From: Mustelus asterias | Taxonomy: Eukaryota | NCBI RefSeq assembly: GCF_964213995.1 | Contig: NC_135830.1 | Coordinates: 10,726,001 to 10,790,000 of the forward strand | Length of the DNA stretch: 64,000 nucleotides | Direction of reading: 5' to 3' | Part shown: one piece after another, positions 48,501 to 61,119 of the stretch | How the letters are laid out: every line of letters begins with the position of its first letter | How positions within the stretch are numbered: position 1 is the stretch's first letter | Translations under genes and position numbers: made by a program | The notes under the pieces: model-generated | Seen by the model: the letters and a program-made list of their open reading frames with translations, nothing else | What the model was told of the DNA's origin: nothing | The model's database searches: none

Positions 48501-50338
48501 AGAGAGGTTCAATATGCTCAAATATACTGAGCACGGCTTTGTCAAATGCAGATCGTGCCTTACGAGCCTCGTGGAGTTTTTCGAAAATGTGACTAAACAC
48601 ATTGATGAAGGGAAAGCAGTAGATGTGGTTTATATGGATTCTAGTAAGGCGTTCAATAAGGTCCCCCATGCAAGGCTTCTAGAAAAAGTGAGAGGCATGG
48701 GATCCAAGGTGCTGCTGCCCTGGATCCAGAACTGGCTTGCCCAAAGGAGGCAGAGAGTGTGTATAGATGGGTCTTTTTCTAAATGGAGGTCGGTCACCAG
48801 TGGTGTGCCCCAGGGCTCTGTTCTGGGACCCTTGCTGTTTGTCATTTTCAGAAATGACCTGGATGAGGAAGTGGAGGGAGGGGTTGGTAAGTTTGCCAAC
48901 GACACGAAGGTTGGTGGGGTTGTGGATAGTCTGGAGGGATGTCAGAAGTTACAGAGGGACATAGGTAGGATGCAAGACTGGGTGGAGAAGTGGCAGATGG
49001 ACTTCAACCCAGATAAATGCGTAGTGGTCCATTTTGGCAGGTCAAATGGGCTGAAGGAGTACAATATGTGGTGAGACCACATTTGGAATATTGTGTGCAG
49101 TTCTGGTCACCTCACTATAAGAAGGATGTGGAAGCGCTGGAAAGAGTGCAGAGGAGATTTACCAGGATGCTGCCTGGTTTGGAGGATAGGTCTTATGAGG
49201 AAAAGTTGAGCGAGCTAGGGCTGTTCTCTCTGTAGCGGCGGAGGCTGAGGGGAGACTTAATAGAGGTTTATAAAATGATAAAGGGGACAGATAGAGTGAA
49301 ATTTCAAAGACTATTTCCTTGGGTGGATGGAGCTATTACAAGGGGGCATAACTATAGGTTTCATGGTGGGAGAGATAGGAAGGATATCAGACGTGGGTTC
49401 TTTACGCAGAGAGTGGTTGGGGTGTGGAATGGACTGCCTGCAGTGATAGTGGAGTCAGACACTTTAGGAACATTTAAGCGGTTATTGGATAGGCACATGG
49501 AGCATACCAGGATGATAGGGAGTGGGATAGCTTGATCTTGGTTTCAGATAAAGCTCGGCACAACATCGTGGGCCGAAGGGCCTGTTCTGTGCTATACTGT
49601 TCTATGTCTATGTCTAATATAAAGGGAAAGACTCTTCGTACTGTAGAGGAACATAAGGACCTTGGGGTCTTGGTCCATTGGACTCTAAAATCGGCCCCGC
49701 AGGTGGAGGAGGTGGTTAAGAAGGCGTATGGTGTGCAGGCCTTTATCAATCGAGGGATTGAATTTCGGTGTCCGGGGATAATGATGCAGCTATATAAGAC
49801 CCTCGTCTGACCCCACTTGGAGTAAAGTGCTCAGTTCTGGACGCCTCATTACAGGAAGGATGTGGAAAAGATTGAAAGAGTGCAGAGGAGATTTACAAGG
49901 ATGTTGCCTGGATTGAGTGGCATGCCTTATGAGGATAGGCTGAGGGAGCTCGGTCTTTTCTCCTTGGAGAGACGTAGGATGAGAGGAGACCTAATAGAGG
50001 TATATAAGATGTTGAGAGGCACCGATCGGGTGGACTCTCAGAGGCTTTTTCCCAGGGTGGAAATGGCTGCTACGAGAGGGCACAGGTTTAAGGTGCTGGG
50101 GGGTAGGTACAGGCGAAATGTTAGGGGGAAGTTTTTCACACAGAGGGCGGTGGGCGAGTGGAATCGGCTGCCGTCAGTGGTGGTGGAGGCAAACTCAATA
50201 GGGTCTTTTAAGAGACTCCTGGATTAGTACATGGGACTTAATAGGATGGAGGGTTATAGGTAGGCCTAGAAGGTAGGGATATGTTCGGCACAACTTGTGG
50301 GGCCGAAGGGCCTGTTTGTGCTGTAGTTTTTCTATGTT
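45546..50338 (+). mobile_element. Near full-length CR1 LINE (5'UTR, ORF1 zinc finger + esterase, ORF2 EN-RT), decayed
   Basis: ORF1 CSQC..CEGC, IGDS..VVCLPGAG, WHLN; ORF2 [16 protein letters not shown]; TSD tca(t/c)tgttc at 45537-45545 and 50339-50347. Confidence 0.93.
49068..49615 (+). mobile_element. Second CR1 3' fragment nested in the larger CR1
   Basis: Has its own [14 protein letters not shown] to tail (ctatgtctatgtct); TSD aatat at 49063-49067 and 49616-49620. Confidence 0.85.
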
Positions 50339-51875
50339 TCACTGTTCAGTTGTTCGGTAATTATTCCACTTCAAGCAACACTTCTTACTTATTCTGGACC
50401 GTCAGATTCTAGCGGCTCCATGAAGTATCTATTGCTGAGATATAGAAACAGCGAGGACACACAGAGATCCCCAGGGGACCGTTTATCACCGGAATTCAAT
50501 GATACATTCCGCACTGTCCCGCTGAAAGTGTCTAAAACAGAGCTGGCAGACTCCGGCATGTATTACTACGCACGGAGAGCCACAGAGACACAGAGCAGGG
50601 CTGAATCTGTAAAGAGACTCTCAGAGCCTCACTCAAAGTAGCAGAGCGTTCGGCAAACATTGTGATCAGAGTCAGTCTGAAATGGAACCTGAAATCATGG
50701 TGATTTCTCAAACTTCTAATTCTAGAATATGCTTTTATTAATAATAAATATTTAACCAGAATAACGAAATGGCGACAGTTAAAAGAATTTACATTGGTAT
50801 ATATATAAAGTTTGATGTTCCAAAGTGTTTCCCCGTCACGGTTGAAAACACAATAGTCAATTTGGACTTAGCATATCATTTCATCCAGTAATATTACAGT
50901 GTTCTGTCTGTTTCAGTGATTGTGATTGATGAACAGATATCGAACAGGACATTTCTCCTGCTCTTCGCGGAAACAATGGCCATGCGATGCATCACGTCCA
51001 CCTGAGAAGGAAGACGGTGTCCTCGATTTAACAGGTCACCGAGAGGCTGGCAGCTCTGACGGTGCAGCATTTCCTGAGCACTGCACTGTCTCCTCGGTAA
51101 GATCCCGGAGTGTGGTTCCTGACTGACTGTCGGTGTCCTGTGGAACGGAAAGAATCTCTGAACCGACTGGAGACGGAATCCTGGAAATTCCAGGAGGTGG
51201 TGATCACGCATTTACCCAATCCTGGAAAACATAGTGAAATAAAAGCAATACAATTAAAAATAAACTTCACTGGGCCCCGTAGAAACAGGAGGACAACGAA
51301 GTTAGCTTCTCGAATCAAATTTCACTCGAAAAGAGAAACTCTTACTTTTAATGCGGCTTTTACAGATTCCAGATTTCCTAAAACAGTTTCTAACTGACGG
51401 AAGCTCATTCCCAGTGTAATCGCTGCAGTTATGTTAGAAACTGTATTAACACAGAGAGCAGTCGGAATGTTCAATTATCAGTCAGAAAGGACTGTCACTC
51501 TGACCCTGGAGTAAAGGAATTGGGGAGTCCAGGAATTTCCGGGCTATTTCGATCTTGTCACAAACAGTAACCAAATGGACACCTCTTTCTCTTTCTCTCT
51601 CTCTGTTGTTTTTTCTCTCTCTTTATGCTACATTGAGGTACCACGTTGATTAGTAACATTGTGCTAAACGTCTTATCCATACTGCCCAGCGACAGTGGAA
51701 TACATTGATTAATAAAATTCAATCTGAAAGCCTCCCGCGCCACCCTCCACATCTTCCAGAGGTTTCCATTAGATGGTCAATGATTTTGCCTGAAAAAATA
51801 CCGCAGCAGTTTCCATTACCTCCTGCAATATCACCAATGAGGAAACTCACCAGCTCTTACCACCTGTCAGTAAGC

Positions 51876-54800
51876 AAAAGAAAGAACAAAGAACAAAGAA
51901 CAGTACAGCACAGGAAACAGGCCCTTCGGCCCTCCAAGCCTGTGCCGCTCCTTGGTCCAACTAGACCAATCGTTTGTATCCCTCCATTCCCAGGCTGCTC
52001 ATGTGACTATCCAGGTAAATCTTAAACGATGTCAGCGTGCCTGCCTCCACCACCCTACTTGGCAGCGCATTCCAGGCCCCCACCACCCTCTGTGTAAAAA
52101 ACGTCCCTCTGATGTCTGAGTTATACCTCGCCTCTCTCAGCTTGAGCCCGTGACCCCTCGTGATCGTCACCTCCGACCTGGGAAAAAGCTTCCCACTGTT
52201 CACCCTATCTATACCCTTCATAATCTTGTATACCTCGATTAGATCTCCCCTCATTCTCCGTCTTTCCAAGGAGAACAACCCCAGTCTACCCAATCTCTCC
52301 TCATAGCTAAGACCCTCCATACCAGGCAACATCCTGGTAAACCTTCTCTGCACTCTCTCCAATGCCTCCACGTCCTTCTGGTAGTGCGGCGACCAGAACT
52401 GAACGCAGTACTCCAAATGTGGCCTAACCAGCGTTCTATACAGCTGCATCATCAGACTCCAGCTTTTATACTCTATACCCCGTCCTATAAAGGCAAGCAT
52501 ACCATATGCCTTCTTCACCACCTTCTCCACCTGTGTTGCCACCTTCAAGGATTTGTGGACTTGCACATCTTGGTCCCTCTGTGTTTCTATACTCCTGATG
52601 ACTCTGCCATTTATTGTATAACTCCTCCCTACATTATTTCTTCCAAAATGCATCACCTCACATTTATCTGGATTAAACTCCATCTGCCACCTCTCCGCCC
52701 AATTTTCCAGCCTATTTATATCCTGCTGTATTGCCCGACAATGCTCTTCGCTACCCGCAATTTCAGCCATCTTCGTGTCATCCGCAAACTTGCTGATTAC
52801 ACCAGTTACACCTTCTTCCAAATCATTTATATGTATCACAAATAGCAGAGGTCCCAGTACAGAGCCCTGCGGAACACCACTGGTCACAGACCTCCAGCCG
52901 GAAAAAGACCCTTCGACCGCTACCCTCTGTCTCCTATGGCCAAGCCAGTTCTCCACCCATCTAGCCACTTCTCCTTGTATCCCATGAGCCTTAACCTTCT
53001 TAACCAACCTGCCATGTGGGACTTTGTCAAATGCCTTACTGAAATCCATATAGACGACATCCACGGCCCTTCCTTCATCAACCGTTTTTGTCACTTCCTC
53101 AAAAAACTCCACCAAATTTGTAAGGCACGACCTCCCCCTTACAAAACCATGTTGTCTGTCACTAATGAGATTGTTTCGTTCTAAATGCACATACATCCTG
53201 TCTCTAAGAATCCTCTCCAACAACTTCCCTACCGCGGACGTCAAGCTCACCGGCCTATAATTTCCTGGGTTATCCCTGCTACCCTTCTTAAACAACGGGA
53301 CCACATTCGCTATCCTCCAATCCTCAGCGACCTCACCCGTGTCCAAAGAAGCGACAAAGATTTCCGTCAGAGGCCTAGCAATTTCACCTCTCGTCTCCCT
53401 GAGCAGTCGAGGATAGATGCCATCGGGCCCTGGGGCTTTGTCAGTTTTAATGTTCCCTAAAAAACCTAACACTTCCTCTCTTGTAATGGAGATTTTCTCT
53501 AACGGGTCAACACCTCCCTCCGAGACACTCCCGGTTAACACGCCCCTCTCCTTCGTGAATACCGATGCAAAGTATTCATTTAGGATCTCCCCTATTCCCT
53601 TGGGTTCTAAGCATAATTCCCCTCCTTTGTCCCTGAGAGGTCCGATTTTCTCCCTGACAACTCTTTTGTTCCTAACGTATGAATACGTTCCTAACGTATG
53701 AAGCCTTAGGCTTCTCCTTAATCCTGCCTGCCAAGAACATCTCGTGACCTCTTTTTGCCCTTCTAACTCCCCGTTTGAGATCTTTCCTTCTCTCTCTGTA
53801 TTCCTCCAGAGCTCCATCTGTTTTCAGTTGCCTGGACTTAACGTACGCCTCCCTTTTCATTTTAATCAGATCCTCAATGTCCCTGGTTAACCACGGCTCT
53901 CGAATCCTACCTTTCCTATCTTTCCTTTTTACAGGCACATACCTATCCTGCAGCCTTATCAATAGTTCCTTAAAAGACTCCCACGTGCCAGACGCTGACT
54001 TAACCTCGAACATCCTCTCCCAATCAACATCCACCAATTCCTGCCTAATCCGGCTATAGTCAGCCTTCCCCCAATTTAGCACCCTGTCCGTAGGACAGCA
54101 CTCATCCTTGTCCATTACTATCCTAAAGTTAACAGAGTTGTGGTCACTATTTGCCACATGTTCCCCTTCCGAAACTTTGACGACCTGACCGGGCTCATTT
54201 CCCAGAACTAGGTCCAGTATAGCCCCCTCTCTAGTCGGGCTATCTACATACTGTTCCAAAGAACCTTCCAGTACGCATTTTACAAATTCCTCCCCGTCCG
54301 GACCCCCAGCCCTAAGCACTTTCCAGTCCGTGCCAGGGAAATTCAAGTCCCCCACTACAACAACCCGATGTTTTCTGCACCTTTCCAGAATCTCCTGACA
54401 TATCCTTTCCTCCAGTTCCCCTGGGCTGTTGGGTGGTCTGTAGTACACCCCCAGCATAGTGACTGCACCCTTCCTGTTTCTGAGTTCCACCCACAGCGAC
54501 TCAGTACACGACCCCTCTAAGTTGTCTACCCTCTGCACCGCGGTAATATGCTCCTTCACTAATATCGCTACTCCCCCACCTTTTTTAGCCCCTCCTCTGT
54601 CTCGCCTAAAACACTTATACCCCGGAATATTCAGCTGCCAGTCCTGTCCTTCTTTTAACCAAGTTTCCGTCACCGCAACCACATCCAAATTCCGCATAAG
54701 CATTAAGGCCTTAAGTTCGTCTGTTTTACCCGTTACGCTCCTCGCATTGAAGCAGATGCACTCCAGACCTCCAGGCCCAGTCAGGTCCTCCTCCTCCAGA

Positions 54801-55640
54801 GTGCTCCTCTTCTTAGCTAGTCTTGCCCTGGCCTCCAGCTCAACTCCAGCCTCAGTATTTACTGACCTCCTGTTTTGTTCCCCACCCCCCTGCCACACTA
54901 GTATAAATCCTGCCGAAACACTCTAGCAAAACTCCCAGCCAGGATATTTGCTCCCTTCCAGTTAAGGCGTAACCCATCCTTTCAGTACAGTTGCCATCCT
55001 GACTTGAAGATTTCCCAGTTATCTATGAATTTAAAACCCTCCCTCTTGCACCAGTCCTTTAACCACGCGTTCAACTGTAGAATCTCCCTGTTCCGAGCCT
55101 CACTTGCACTAGCCACCGGGAGCAGTCCAGAGATTGCTACCCTGGAGGTCTTACTTTTTAGCCTAGCACCCAACTCCCTGAATTTCTCTCGTATGACCCC
55201 CTGCTCTTCCTACCTACATCATTTCCACCAATGTGTACAATCACATCAGTTTGAGTACCTCCCTTTTTAAATATGCTTCCTACCCTCTCGGAGACACCCA
55301 GTACCCCGGCACCAGGGAGGCAGACTACCATCCTGGATTCTCGTTCAGTCCCACAGAAGCGCCTGTCCGTGCCTCTAACCATTGCGTCCCCCACAACTAT
55401 CGCTCTCCTAAACCCCTTCTTTCCCTTCCGAACCCCTGAGCCTGTCTCCGTGGAGGCGATCTGGTCCTCGTGGCTTACCCCTGGAGGGTCATCCCCCTCC
55501 ACAGAATCCAAAACAATATACCTATTTTGGAGGGGGACAACCACAGGGGATCCCTCCACAGACTGCTCACTCCCTTCCCTTCTCCCATCTGTTGCCCATC
55601 CCTTTCTTTTGTGGGAGACTGCCACTGGGGTACTTTCTGG
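51876..55640 (-). mobile_element. Well-preserved CR1 LINE: ORF1 remnant plus ORF2 broken by one frameshift
   Basis: ORFs 53672-54898 (endonuclease) and 51961-53817 (RT with KFADDTK to the C-terminus); ORF1 esterase VVGD..VVCLPGAG within 55158-55640. Confidence 0.96.
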
Positions 55641-55922
55641 AAGAAAGCAGATTGGAAGAGTTTGAAAGCTGATCATCAACCTGTAAAATCGGAAAAGGAT
55701 CACACATTCTGTAGACATAAGGTCCTGACGTGCGATTGGAACCCGAAGCTTCTGGTCGAGAAGACATCGTTCTGTGTCGGTGCTTCCATAATTCATATAG
55801 AGACTCTTGTCCTAAATAAAATGTGTTTTTTGGTAGTGTCGCGACGCACAGATATTTTCTGTACCTCCAGCCGTCACCTGTAATAGCGGTGAACTGATGG
55901 ATCTGTTCATAGATGCTATGGA

Positions 55923-55936
55923 GCGCCACCTAGTGG
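55923..55936 (-). promoter_or_regulatory. CTCF-like motif
   Basis: Minus strand CCACTAGGTGGCGC, an exact match to the CCASYAGRKGGCRS core. Confidence 0.55.
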
Positions 55937-56960
55937 AATCTTGTCTGCGAAGAAGCAATTATCAATATGTTCCCCAATATTGCTACATGATATTGCTGTG
56001 TTATTATTCTTATGGCAGTTTAATTTAGGTTTTAGTACTTTGACATTATTTCTGCATATGATGTAATTTTCACAAAATTTGCTATTTATGATTGATCTGA
56101 GAACATTTATCACAGTTTCTGACGCGCCTACTTGGACAGCACAGTACGTGTTCATTTGGATGAAAAGATGAACTGAACGTAGTCACAACTCATGTGGCAA
56201 TTTTGTATTGTTCATTTCGGAAGAATGGAAGTTCCAAAAGCTCCTTAACATCAAACATGGATGCCGAACAAATAGCAATAAGCCATCCCCCCCCCCCCCC
56301 CCCCCCCCACAGTGGTTTACATTAGAAACAATAGCGACCAGACGGACTAACCGGATTTCTTTCCAACCGTTTCCAAAGTTCCCTGATTGGGAACAAATCT
56401 GTCAGACCATTTCTGGACCTTCTCTACCCTGGTGAAACGGTTTCCATTGTTGAAGCGTCTGTTCAGGATTATCATCTCCCCACCCTGCTTCATCTCGCTC
56501 GGTCTCTCCTGTCTTTGATCTGAAACAGAAACGAAAGAAGATTCAGGAAACCGAACCAAGTGCTTGAACTGTGCTCTCAGCAATGATATGTGCAGATTTA
56601 TTCATATGTTCTGTAATCCATGTGACTGATGATAAACATTGGATTCTTAAACTGTTTCACAAGAACAATAAATAGACCCTCATTATCTGCAGCAGAGCCC
56701 TGGATTATTTTTCCTTCTTGTCTCCTCTAAATTAATATTTCGTTCTCAGTTTCTTTCGCTTCTCCACTATACAGTTTGCATATTTCTTTTTCTCGGAAAC
56801 AAAAAGATACGGCGGTTTTTGGTTGTACTTCAGACGGAGCAGAATATCATGGGTGTTCTCCAGCAGTCCCGTAGCATCAGAGGAAAATACACTGACAAGA
56901 CACGCTGTGAATTTGCACTATTTTATGTTTTTTTTCAGGCCAACCATTAGTTCAACGAAG

Positions 56961-57122
56961 ATAAACGCAAAATACTGCGGATGCTGGAATGTGAAACAAA
57001 AACAGAACATGCTGGAAAATCTCAGCAGGTCTGACAGCATCTGTGGAAAGAGAATAGAACCAATGTTTCGAGCCTGGGAGACCCTTCGTCAGAGCTTAGT
57101 TCAGACTTGAAACGTTGGTTCG
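56961..57122 (-). mobile_element. Penelope-like terminal fragment with hammerhead core and 15-bp TSD
   Basis: TSD attagttcaacgaag at 56946-56960 and 57123-57137; minus strand CTGACGA-A-GGGTCT-CCC-AGGCTC-GAAAC at 57092-57065; short inverted copy at ~57104-57122. Confidence 0.75.
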
Positions 57123-58089
57123 ATTAGTTCAACGAAGTTGCCCAGTCCATTATGGCAGTAACTTTGTTGAGCTGGACTTTCTTCCAGTGGAAAAAAAATC
57201 GTTTTCAAATAGACGTCGTCAACTGAAAATAGAGGTGTGTTTGCCAGAATTAAGTGATTTATGATGTCAACAGTGAATATAACCATACTGAATTGGACCT
57301 GGCAACACTCAGTTGAGCCTTGTGAAGTAGATTTCTCGGGCACCTGGGAATTTGCTGGGATGGATCTGGTCAACATTGAACATACACAAGCCAGTTTGGG
57401 CATGTACACGCCGATTGCAACCAAGCTGAACTGGAACCGTTTAGACTACATTACAGATATTGAACAGGGTATGCCAACATCCAGTGTACCAGTGCAAAGT
57501 CAGGGATTTCGGCCTGAAAGTAACTGGGATGGACTGGAACTGGAACTTGGCTGAATTGATATAATTGAAATAGCCTGGCAAAAATTAACGTAATCGTGAA
57601 GAAGGGAGACTGTGCACTCCTAACGTAACCATAGTTAAATGGCCTTCTCATCGTCACTAATAGATGGGTGGAAGTGGGTTGACTCAATGAGAGATCTTTA
57701 GAACCAAATTGCAACCTATCATTTGATCGGGATTTTGAACATTTCTGTTGTGTTTTCCACGGACTATTTGCATTCCTCAATGCAGTCAGAAGCAAACAGC
57801 TATCTTCTGTACTGACACGAATATCCAGGCAAATTATTGCTTATGATAGATTATGCCGTAGTCTCTGGGATTTCACTCCAGGATGTTTGAGAATTCATTT
57901 AAAAAAAACCATTGTATTCGATCAAAACATAAAAGGCAGCTGGGTAGCACCTGCGCTAATTTGTTTCTCACAGTAAAAATGATGAATGTAAAAGAAAAAA
58001 AATCTAATAATTTCCCTGGAGCCTCACATAATGTATAAATGTTAGAGCATTTACTGTCATACCGTACACGCTCCGCCCCTCCGATAGAA

Positions 58090-60913
58090 ATGCATGTACC
58101 TGCAAAAGGGCTGGTGTTTGCCATTTACTATCCAGTCATTGCAGCTATCGGGGTTCCAGGTACAGTATGGTAGTTAGTTATTATAATGTAACATCTTTGT
58201 TCATATGCAACCTTTTTCAATTTTATTAGTACCGCATCTCCAAGACACGGAATTCATTTCTATCATTTAAAGTGATGAATTTTCCCCTAAAATGTGTAGA
58301 TTCTTCTGGTTAACTGCTACATTTTGTCCTCTTTTACAGGATCACTTTATTAATTTTAAGAACTTTATTCTTCATTTTAATGATAAAATATCTTGAATCT
58401 GTTACCAGAATTTATCTGAATGAATGGTGAATATTGCCGTTTTAAGCAGTGTCATTTCACTCAAATAACAGCAAAAGGTATTCAAATTATAATGTCTCCC
58501 GTTCAACTTTGTTCTGCCTGCCTCTGACCTGTGCCACACTTTTGTCTCCCCCCCCAACCCGTCCCTCCTTGCCATTTACCACTGCAAACTCAATTTAGAA
58601 ATACAGTTATGTTTTTCTTAGCAATACTATTGTAGATGGATTACTTCAAAGTTATTATATTGTACATGTAGTTCGATTACGACCTTGACACACTAACTAC
58701 TCCGAATTTTCATTCGGATAACACAGCATGAATCCATTTCTCCAGTATCATTGTTGCTGCTATTGGAAGTTACAGTTATTGAAGTGGAAACGTGTAACTT
58801 TTGTATTATCAGTATCATTGTTGTGCTTGAATTATCGCATTGTCACCTCCCTGTACATGTAAATACGTTATCGTCTTCTCCCTGTTCCAGGGACGAATTA
58901 CCACAATGTTATCACGGTATAATTCTAGACATTTTTCGTGTTGTTGATATTGAGAGCAATGGATTGAGTTGGACAAATAATTGCTATCTGAACATAATGA
59001 AAGATTTTATTGACAGACCTTAGGTGTCAACGGGTTTTTGACAGTATAGGAGGATTGCAATAGCGGCTCTTTGGTGAGTAATTGGCACACACCCATAAAA
59101 AACAAAGCATACTGTTTTTGTCTCCGTTTCGACCCTCGACTCTCATTGCACAAGTCACCACTTCTCTCCATTCTTTTCTGATTGCTTTGACTATGTTGAC
59201 CAAGGCACGGTAACTGACGACATATTTTGCATGGAATATAAGTGATTTTGGAAATGCCTGCGGTCAGTTGCGTGTCTCTATCTGAAATTTCAGAAGACAT
59301 GTTGAAAGGACCCAGTACTGCTTGTGAGCTCTTAATCTGATAATTACCTTCAAATATCCACTTCTGGTCAGATTTGTTCATTAACCCCTGCAATGAGAGC
59401 AACACTCTCTCCAATTGCGTCCTTTACATCTGCCAGTTCGAGTGTTGCATGATACACCAGCAATTACGACTAATTTTTAGGTTAGAAGCTCCTTTCAACA
59501 TTTCTTCTATAAATTCAGAGAAACGCCAATTGGTTCCCACTTTTTTAATTGAAGATTTTTTTTGGTTTAATGCAGGCATTTCCAACGGTGAATAGTTAAA
59601 GAATAATTCGCCAAATGGGGCAACTTTTGAAATTGAGTGAGATGGAAACTTTCCAGTTGAATATGGCAATGAATGTTTTTTTTATAATTTCATATCCAAC
59701 GTGTTCTGTAATAAATTGCTGACTATTCCTGAAGTTGCATTGATGGTTTTTCAATATTTCCTTATCTTTCATTATATTGTATTGCATTATTATGCAATTA
59801 CATGTCACTGGCCCAGCTTATTTATAATTATTGTGATCATGTGCATGGAAACCCGAACAAGGGACAGTTTGCAAAGCAGAATCAAGTCGCAAAAGTTTCA
59901 ATTTCTTTCATAATCTTGTATCATTTCGATGGGAGTTGAGAAAGTAACATCTTGTCTCTCGTGCTGTCACCCATATGTTTCTTTTCCTTCTCTATTTTAC
60001 AGCTAACTTGGCAGTCATTTTAATCCTGTACCGAAGAAGCTGTGGTCTCTCCAGATGTATAATTTACTATGTGGTGTCCATGGCGGTGACGGATCTCTTG
60101 GTCATTATGACCAGCGTGATATTAAACCGGATTGCTGGGATTTATTTCCCCGGCAGTTTCCTGTCAATCACACCAATATGCAGTCTGCATGTTGTGATAA
60201 TCTACGCAACCATTGACAGTTCTGCCTGGTTAACGGTTGCTTTCACCTTTGATCGATTTGTGACCATTTGCTGCCAGAAGCTGAAAATCAAATACTGCAC
60301 GGAGAAGACAGCGGCGTGGATAATAGGGACCGTCTGCACATTGAGCTCTCTAAAAACATCCTTCCTATATTTTATCTTTGAACCGTTGTATATCATTAAC
60401 AACATAACTTGGTTCTGTGTTATAAAACAAGTATTTTAAACATCCCCCGCATGGAACGCCTATGATTGGGTTCGAACAATTTCAATGCCCTGTATCCCAT
60501 TCATTCTGATTTTATTGTTCAATGCTTTGACCGTCAGACACATTCTCGCGGCCAATCGGGCCCGCAGGAGACTCCGGGCACAGAGTAATGGAGAAAAACA
60601 GAGTGACCGAGAGATGGAGAAACGGAGAAAGTCCATTATTTTACTCTTTGCCATCTCGGGCAGTTTCATTCTCTTGTATACGTTATTTTTTGTGACGGTT
60701 CTCTATGTCCAAATTGCAAAGGTTCCTTATTTCTCAGTTCCTGATATTAGTGAATGGTCATTTATCTTGGAGGAAAGCGGATATATGCTTCAGTTTCTGA
60801 GTTCTTGCATCAACCCATTTATTTATGCTGGGACTCAGAGGAATTTCAGAGCCGAGTTAAAGAATGGAGTGAATTATCCACTGAGATTATTTGTTAACTT
60901 GTTTAAGTTTTGA
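58090..60913 (+). pseudogene. GPR139/GPR142-like class A GPCR, two exons (58090-58159, 60003-60913), one premature stop
   Basis: Exon 1 MHVPAKGLVFAIYYPVIAAIGVP+G|GT; exon 2 ttttacag|CT ANLAVILIL..SMAVTDLLV..TVAFTFDRFVTIC..CIPF..SSCINPFIY. TAA at 60437-60439 and the frame continues to TGA at 60913; ~326 codons in total. Confidence 0.88.
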
Positions 60914-61119
60914 AAAGATGAGATCGAAAGCGAAAATTTCATTAAACTCCAACAATTCCTCTATTTCTCAGTGTCACACAAGACCACCCTTCAAATGTTT
61001 CTTGTTTGTCGACACGTACACAATATGCGAATACAAAAAATTATAAGGGAAACTGAATCACCGTTAAAAAAATCGGTATTGCAATCTCGAGAATCCACGG
61101 TCTTTGCATGTCTCCAAAC

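Larger units (their letters stand above)
45470..50619 (+). pseudogene. TCR alpha/delta-like V pseudogene 2, split by a CR1 insertion (5' part 45470-45545; 3' part 50339-50580; RSS 50581-50619)
   Basis: NSHQDSGDQSVSEMTVEEE.. | TVQLFGNYSTSSNTSYLFW (frameshift) RQ..MKYLLLRY..DRLS..VPLKVSKTELADSGMYYYARR, then CACAGAG-23-AAAGAGACT. Both Cys are lost. A possible leader MFVAFFCLALSG lies at ~45199. Confidence 0.82.
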
